From the NCBI RefSeq assembly GCF_006345805.1, contig NW_021831850.1:62001-126000 (forward strand): a stretch of DNA of 64,000 nt. Reading direction: 5' to 3'. Positions 57,201-64,000 of this stretch are shown here, one piece after another. The notes under the pieces were generated by a model that searched no databases, was not told the DNA's origin, and saw nothing but the letters and a program-made list of their open reading frames with translations. Position 1 is the first letter of the stretch, and every line of letters begins with the position of its first letter. The DNA is from Octopus sinensis. Taxonomy: Eukaryota. Both the position numbers and the translations under genes were made by a program.

Positions 57201-58731
57201 ATCACCTATATCGGGTTCAAGATGCGTTTCTGTGAGTGCCATGCATATAGCTTGATTGCATGTCACAAGGTCTCTCAGGAATGAGATTTTCCTTTTACAG
57301 TTTCCGCGCAGCAGCCCTCCTACATTCAGTAGAAATATTTTTGTGGTGTGTGTGTTGGTGTTGGTGTCTGTGGTGGCCATCCTGCATCTGTTGGAGGTGG
57401 CCTTATGTGGTGGTAGTTCCAGCTCTGCGCCTGCAGCCAGGTCAGCTGCTGAACAATTTTTTGTGCCATGCACAAAAAAGATTGCTGTTCAGCTGCCGCC
57501 CTTCTCACATGTGGGTGAAGCCGGCCACCTGTTGGGTTTCTGCGCACCACATCTGCATACCGTCTTTCAGTAGTGGTCAGTGCGCTTTTTCCCTTCTTTT
57601 AACTTTTTCTTTTTGTTCTCCCTGAGGGAGGGACCTCTGTCTCGCGTCCGTGCGGTTTTGGTAGGGCTTCCGATGTGCAAAGCGACAGTTTGCACCTTCG
57701 ACGCCGTACCAGCAGTCCCCCCTCAGGTAGAATTTGCAGATGTTTCTTTCTTTGGCCTTATAGTTCTTGCTGGAGTCCTTTTGTTTCCTCTGGACAGGGT
57801 TTCTTTTAGCTTTGATTTTGTCGCCTTTTACCTCCCGCTTCCCATCAATTTTAGGGTGCTTTTCTTTTCTTGTGGCCATCGCACCTCTTTGGTCTTCAGT
57901 TGTGGTGTTGGGAGCTGGACATGTGTCATTGTTTCCCTGTGTTCTAGGTTTCTCCGTTTGGTTCTGGATGTTTTCTTCATCCTTTTGGCCTTCCCTGGTG
58001 CCGTCACATCCTAGGATGATGTCCAGGGTGTCTACATGTTGCCTGATTAGAGCGTACGAACGGATAAATTCTCGCTTCTTTCGCTCTATCTGGGCGGTGG
58101 TTCTCGAAAAATTGTTGCTTTTCAGCGCCACTGCAATAATATTGTTCGGCGAGTCGTCCTCAGCAACCTTTCCAAGCGCGGACGAACAATTGCACCTCTC
58201 TCGCAGACCAGTTTCTTGCCATTTTCGACTAGTGAAATATAGGAACAGAGATAGAGATAGAGAAGGAAAGATAAGATGGAGAGGGAGAAGAGAAAGGAGA
58301 AAAGCCAGGGGGGGATAGAGAGAGAGACGAGGGGACTGTCCTGAGAGAAGAGAGAAAGAGAGAAAATAAAGAGGGGGCGCAGCAGAGGTGCAAGAGAGTG
58401 TAGTAAAGGGACAGAGAGGGTGGTGTAGAGAAAGAAATAAGGGGACAGAAGGGGAAAAGGAAAAGGGGTTTGACCTGTGAAGGAGCGGAGAGGAAAGAGG
58501 CAGAGGAAAGAGGGGGAGTAACAGAGAGAGAGAGAGAGAAAAAGAGGGCGGTATATAGATAAAGAGAGAATGAGTGAAGTTGAGGAACTGAGAGGGGGGG
58601 TGAGATGTGAGAAAGTTGATCTGAGAGAGATGCAGAAAGAGAAACGATGGCAGAGGGAGAGAGAGGGAGGAGGGGAGAGTGAGAGCGGAAATAGAGGGTC
58701 TGGTGGATGGAGAGACAGATAAGGTATAAAC

Positions 58732-59370
58732 TGTATGAGAGAGATAGAAATAGAAATGTAAGAAAGAGAAGGAGAGAGTGTGTGGCAAATACGGAGGACA
58801 AATTATAAAGATAGAATAGCGCGTATTTTTATATCTTTTTTAATTATTATCTTCTGGTTGAAAGAACACTAATGATAATAAATAATAAAAATGTATGAGA
58901 GAGATAGAAATAGAAATGCAAGAAAGAGAAGGAGAGAGTGTGTGGCAAAAACGGAGGACAAAATATAAAGATAGAATAGCGCGTATTTTTATATCTTTTT
59001 TAATTATTATCTTCTGGTTGAAAGAACACTAATGATAATAAATAATAAAAATGTATGAGAGAGATAGAAATAGAAATGCAAGAAAGAGAAGGAGAGAGTG
59101 TGTGGCAAAAACGGAGGACAAAATATAAAGATAGAATAGCGCGTATTTTTATATATTTTTTAATTATTATCTTCTGGTTGAAAGAACACTAATGATAATA
59201 AATAATAAAAATGTATGAGAGAGATAGAAATAGAAATGCAAGAAAGAGAAGGAGAGAGTGTGTGGCAAAAACGGAGGACAAAATATAAAGATAGAATAGC
59301 GCGTATTTTTATATCTTTTTTAATTATTATCTTCTGGTTGAAAGAACACTAATGATAATAATAAATAATA
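58732..59370. repeat. 160-bp tandem repeat x4 in the inferred LINE 5'UTR
   Basis: GAGATAGAAATAGAAATG at 58741, 58901, 59061 and 59221. Confidence 0.9.
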
Positions 59371-59907
59371 TTTTTCCTTACCTTACCGGCTGAGAGAATA
59401 CTTACGTGATTCCTTTTTATAAGAAAGGAAGATAGATAGATAAGATAGACCTTTTATATTCCTTAATCGTATTTTGTAAACAAAAGGAATTAGAGTTCCG
59501 ATTTCGTACATGCAAACAATTTAACGATACTTTCTATATTTTCCTAAGCGATTTGGTATTAAGCAGCAAATTTTTCAGAGGCTTTCAGAACACGCAGATA
59601 TACGACATCAAAAACGAAAATATCCTTCTCAAAAATACTGTGTCTTGTTGATTCACAGACAAAGAATAAAATTCACTTCGATTTCGGGAAGTAACACACG
59701 TGCTTTTTAACACATGTATTCGCGAGGTATGTTCTAGTTGCAAATACTATATCAAAAGCGAAAATATTCTTCTCAAATACAGTGACTTGTTGTACTCTCA
59801 CTTATATTCGCTTTGCAGACAATTTCGCTTCTAATAACATCGATCTCTGGAAGGACTTCTTTAATCTTTAGGAGAGACACGTTAACACACACTTGTTGTT
59901 AGTTCAG

Positions 59908-59916
59908 CGCCATCTT
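59908..59916. promoter_or_regulatory. YY1-type core motif (CGCCATCTT) at the inferred LINE 5' terminus
   Basis: Matches the CGCCATNTT consensus and lies at the border with the (TA)n/satellite flank. Function is inferred only. Confidence 0.35.
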
Positions 59917-59929
59917 GTATGTATGTGAG

Positions 59930-60017
<88 letters not shown>

Positions 60018-60149
60018 AAATTGACTGTGGAGAGACTTTTTGAACACTGTGTATATCTATATATATAAAATTCTCTGTGGAGAGACTTTTTGAACACTGT
60101 GTATATATATATACATGAATTTCACTTTGGAAAGACCTTTTGAACACTG

Positions 60150-60454
60150 AGTCATGCAACCACACTCCAAGTTTTCCAGCTATGCCGAGGTCACGTAGTT
60201 TAAGGCATATCATACCATGATCCACCTTGTCAAAAGCTTTTGCAAAATCAAGGTAGATTACGTCCACATTTGATTTGTTGAGTAACTGCCTCAACACCCA
60301 GTCATAATGCTGTAAGAGCTGGGTCAGGCAGCTCCTACCTGGTCGGAAACCATGCTAGGTATTACTCAGCAAGTTATTTTCCTCAAGGAATGCGATTAGT
60401 CTCTTTCTGACTATCCGTTCCATGAATTTGCTGATGTGTGAAGTCAGAGAGATA
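60150..60454 (-). pseudogene. CR1-group RT fragment (inverted relative to 61463-62400)
   Basis: Minus strand: ISLTSHISK...LTQLLQHYDWVL...YLDFAKAFDKVDH...WLHD. Confidence 0.85.
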
Positions 60455-60479
60455 TGTATATATATATATATATATATTT

Positions 60480-61440
60480 AAAAATTGAGGGAGATAAATT
60501 AATATTAATTTTAATATCAATTTAAAACCAGTAGTCCAGCATTCAAAAAATCTGAGGAGTCAGAGAAAATTCAAGTATATGTGTATATTGACAGGGCTGG
60601 CCTGCTAGGTAGCCGGCCAGAATACTAGAAGAAGATCATCAACGATCAAACTACAAGGGAAATTCTCTAGAGGAAGAATTCAGCGAACACCAGAACCAAC
60701 TTTGGCGGGCAGGACATATGAAAAATTAAATAAATAACAGACTTAAATGCATACCTCGGTTTCGGTCTTAACAAAAGAATTACTTGCATAATTCAAGTGT
60801 CCGTGACTTCTTCAGTACATTCGGTCCTCGTGATGCAAACCGCAAGACTAACCCCAGCTCTCTGTGTCAAGACAGACACGTGCTTAGTCTTACTGATTAC
60901 ATCGGGAATAAAATTTCAAATGTCTTGGTTCTGGCGCGCTGAGAGACTCCTGAAGCGAAGGACTGCAGTGAATAATTCACTGCGGATAGTGCTTACAACT
61001 AGGGAACGTATTTATTTAAATATTTAAAAATTAAGGGAGATAAATTAATATTAATTTTAATATCAATTTAAAACCAGTAGTCCAGCATTCAAAAAATCTG
61101 AGGAGTCAGAGAAAATTCAAATATATGTGTATATTGGCAGGGCTGGCCTGCTAGGTAGCCGGCCAGAATACTAGAAGAAGATCATCAACGATCAAACTAC
61201 AAGGGAAATTCTCTAGAGGAAGAATTCAGTGTTCGCTGAATTCTTCCTCTAGAGAATTTCCCTTGTAGTTTGATCGTTGATGATCTTCTTCTAGTATTCT
61301 GGCCGGCTACCTAGCAGGCCAGCCCTGCCAATATACACATATATTTGAATTTTCTCTGACTCCTCAGATTTTTTGAATGCTGGACTACTGGTTTTAAATT
61401 GATATTAAAATTAATATTAATTTATCTCCCTCAATTTTTA
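60480..61440. mobile_element. Hammerhead-bearing 546-bp monomer: 1.4 tandem copies plus inverted copy
   Basis: AAAAATT(G/A)AGGGAGATAAATT at 60480 and 61026. 61230-61440 is the reverse complement of the repeated block. Confidence 0.7.
60746..60821 (-). ncRNA. Type I hammerhead ribozyme candidate
   Basis: Minus strand: AATGTA CTGAAGA AGTC-(37 nt)-GACC GAA ACC-GA-GGT A TGCATT. Stem I is 6 bp with one G-U pair, A10.1-C11.1 mismatch, GUA site. Confidence 0.65.
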
Positions 61441-61462
61441 AATATATATATATATATATACA

Positions 61463-62400
61463 TATCTCTCTGACTTCACACATCAGCAAATTCATGGAAC
61501 GGATAGTCAGAAAGAGACTAATCGCATTCCTTGAGGAAAATAACTTGCTGAGTAATACCTAGCATGGTTTCCGACCAGGTAGGAGCTGCCTGACCCAGCT
61601 CTTACAGGATACACCGGTCCACAGGGAATTTCAATCCCAGAGCCTAAGTCTGTGAGGGACCTGGGTATCGACATGAGTGATGATACCTCTTTCCAAGTGC
61701 ACATTACCAGGATGGCGACAAAGTGCAGACGACTGGCTGGATGGATCCTTAGAACATTCAGAACAAGAGATAAGAAAACCATGATGGTTCTCTGGCGGAC
61801 TTTCGTCCTCAGCCGCCTGGATTACTGCTCACAGCTATGGTCACCCACCAGTGTAAAGTAAACAGCGGATCTTTAAGCAATCCAGAGAAGATTCACAAAG
61901 AAGATCATCTCTTTGCAACAGTTCAGCTACTGGGAAAGGTTGAAACAGCTAAGACTCTACTCCCTGGAGAGAAGACGGGAGAGGTATGCAGTAATATATG
62001 TCTGGAAGATCCTGGAAAGAATTGTGCCAAATTTTGGCATTGTAAGCTACACCAATGCTAGAACGGGACGACACTGCATAGTGCCAAAGATCCCAGCAAT
62101 GACATCACGCTTCAGGACCAGCTTCTGCAACAGCCTGGGTTTCAAGGGCTTTTTAATATTCTCCCAAAGAGTCTGAGAAACTTGCACAAAGTGGATGTAG
62201 CAGTTTTTAAATCAAACCTGGACATCTTCCTGTCAAGAGTCCCAGATGAATCTACCTCATGGCAGGAGGTGCAAATGAGAGTAGCTATATCAAACTCCAT
62301 TCTTCATCAAGTGCCACATATTAGACGAGGTTCGTCGTAATAACAGTGTAGTACAAGACGGGGGTGCATCAGCATGGCCGCAGCTCTGAGCTGAAACTAG
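61463..62400 (+). pseudogene. CR1-group RT 3' fragment with ~500-nt internal deletion and intact 3' tail
   Basis: LTQLLQ joins directly to YTGP at 61607/61608, followed by RDLG, WILRTF and YWERL..LYSLERRRERY. Tail GGTGCATCAGCATGGCCGCAGCTCTGAGCTGAAAC. Confidence 0.85.
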
Positions 62401-62409
62401 AAAAAAAAT

Positions 62410-62488
<79 letters not shown>

Positions 62489-62618
62489 CTATGGAGAGAC
62501 TTTTTGAATACTGTGTATATATATATATATACATATAAATTTCACTGTGGAGAGACTTTTTGAACAATGTGTGTATATATATATATAAAAAATTCATTGT
62601 GGAGAAACTTTTTGAACA

Positions 62619-62662
<44 letters not shown>

Positions 62663-62769
62663 CACTGTGGAGAGACCTTTGAACACTGTGTATATATATG
62701 TATATAGAATTCACTGTGGAGAGACTTTTTGTACACTGTGTATATATATATATATATATATAATAATAA

Positions 62770-63700
62770 ATATTAGGGAATAAATCCAAATTTACAGGGA
62801 AAAATCAGATTTAGGATTGGATCCAATTTTAAAGTAAAATATAATATAATATTAATTAGAGACAAAACCACTATTATGCAAATCAAACAAAGAAAGACTT
62901 AATCCAATACATAAAAAATTTTATATAAATTAAATATAATTAAGATATCCACTACGATCGTTTCTTGTCACTTCTATGGACATTCATCAGGTGGTTTCTA
63001 GACCTAAAATATAATCAATATTTTTAAGATATAAATTTGAAATGACTAATATATATAAAATATAAAATTATCAATGAAAATATATATAATCAAGAACTAA
63101 AATAACTTCTATAAACAATTGTATATAATGAAACCTAGTATTTAAATTCACATATTTAAAGATGAAATAGCTAATTTCAAAAAACAAAAAAACAAAGAAC
63201 AAAAAATAAAAAATATATATACACACATGCTCATGCACATATATCCATGTATGTATATAAACATATCTAAATACTTACACAAACTCACACACACATATAT
63301 ATATCTATACATACACATAAACATATAGACAAAGATAAATTTATAATGTAGCCGTATACTTCTACACATTACTTATTCATACTCCCACACACATACATAC
63401 AATCACTCATTCATTCATAAACATATTCTCTCAGCATGATAATAACACAGAGGAAATATAACATCCAGTAGCCGCAGATACTCAACCACAAACTTATAGA
63501 AATATTTCATTCTTAGTAAATATTAAATACTATATACTATATATATGTAATAACCATATATAAATACGTAAACAAACACACACACATATATATTCTATAT
63601 ACTATATGCATGTAATAAACATATATAAATACGTAAACAAACACACACAGTTATATATTTTTCATTTTTGGGTCTGTTGACAGTAGACTGAGGTTTTGTA
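62770..63700 (-). mobile_element. Inverted PLE 3' pseudo-LTR segment
   Basis: Carries a hammerhead on the minus strand and lies immediately 5' of a plus-strand PLE RT, the same layout as 45.6-51.3 kb. Confidence 0.6.
62949..62994 (-). ncRNA. Type I hammerhead ribozyme
   Basis: Minus strand: CCAC CTGATGA ATGTC-CATAGAAGT-GACAA GAA ACGATCGT A GTGG. Palindromic stem III, GUA site, A10.1-A11.1 mismatch. Confidence 0.72.
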
Positions 63701-63712
63701 TGATTGTGGTGT

Positions 63713-64000
63713 ATGCTTAACAATAACATTTTCTATGAGGTTATTAACAACTACAAACAGCAAAAAACAATCAGAAACCTCACCACACTCATACGCCAAC
63801 ACGGTCAGGGACTCACAGAAAAAGAAAGGGATTATATCACCATTTTCAAATGCAAGCCCAGCCTTTTTTATGGCCTTCCTAAAATCCATAAAAACAAATA
63901 CATCACCGAAGCCTGCAAACTCTCCACTGACATCCACATCAACATCAAAGCACCGGAGGACCTAAAACTAAGGCCCATCGTGGCTGGTACCTCCTGTGAA
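63713..64000 (+). CDS. PLE reverse transcriptase, 5'-truncated, runs off window end (not in ORF track)
   Basis: The open frame reads ...GLTEKERDYITIFKCKPSLFYGLPKIHKNK...APEDLKLRPIVAGTSCE. YGLPKIHK and LRPIV are PLE RT signature motifs. Confidence 0.85.
   Translation, partial: MLNNNIFYEVINNYKQQKTIRNLTTLIRQHGQGLTEKERDYITIFKCKPSLFYGLPKIHKNKYITEACKLSTDIHINIKAPEDLKLRPIVAGTSCE

Larger units (their letters stand above)
54303..59917 (-). mobile_element. Apparently full-length CR1-group LINE (~5.6 kb): 5'UTR, CCCH ORF1, APE-RT ORF2 and 3' tail; ORF2 broken
   Basis: APE 57400-56240 (LTETHL, RTDRKGRSHGGVA, YRPPD, LDLCF) and RT 56184-54535 (YLDFAKAFDKVDH, GVPQGTVLG, YADDTK). 3' tail GGTGGTGCCCCAGCATGGCCGC. 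The inferred 5' end is at CAAGATGGCG. Confidence 0.88.

Noticed and set aside
60552-60570. CTGAGGA...GAAA
   Set aside because: No stem II between the core and GAAA, and no stem I partner.

Overview
This is AT-rich eukaryotic repeat DNA with no recognisable host gene. The SINEs, LINEs and microsatellite load resemble those of an octopod cephalopod (recalled resemblance, not searched). The window has two compartments. About 1.5-33.6 kb is (ATT/AAT)n and (AGT)n microsatellite carrying R4/Dong-type LINEs, all on the minus strand. About 35.4-62.7 kb is one interrupted satellite (AAATTCACTGTGGAGAGACTTTTTGAACACTGTG + (TA)n) containing nested CR1-group and RTE LINEs, Penelope-like elements (PLEs) and an apparently intact Merlin DNA transposon. 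The strongest signal is RNA-level. I parsed by hand nine type I hammerhead ribozyme motifs from six unrelated sequence families, most in partial-tandem or head-to-head inverted arrangements typical of PLE pseudo-LTRs and retrozymes. Two further copies of a seventh motif have the C3-G8 core pair swapped to G3-C8. Element boundaries are approximate (tens of bp) unless TIR/TSD or ribozyme coordinates are given. Nothing was verified by database search or folding software.
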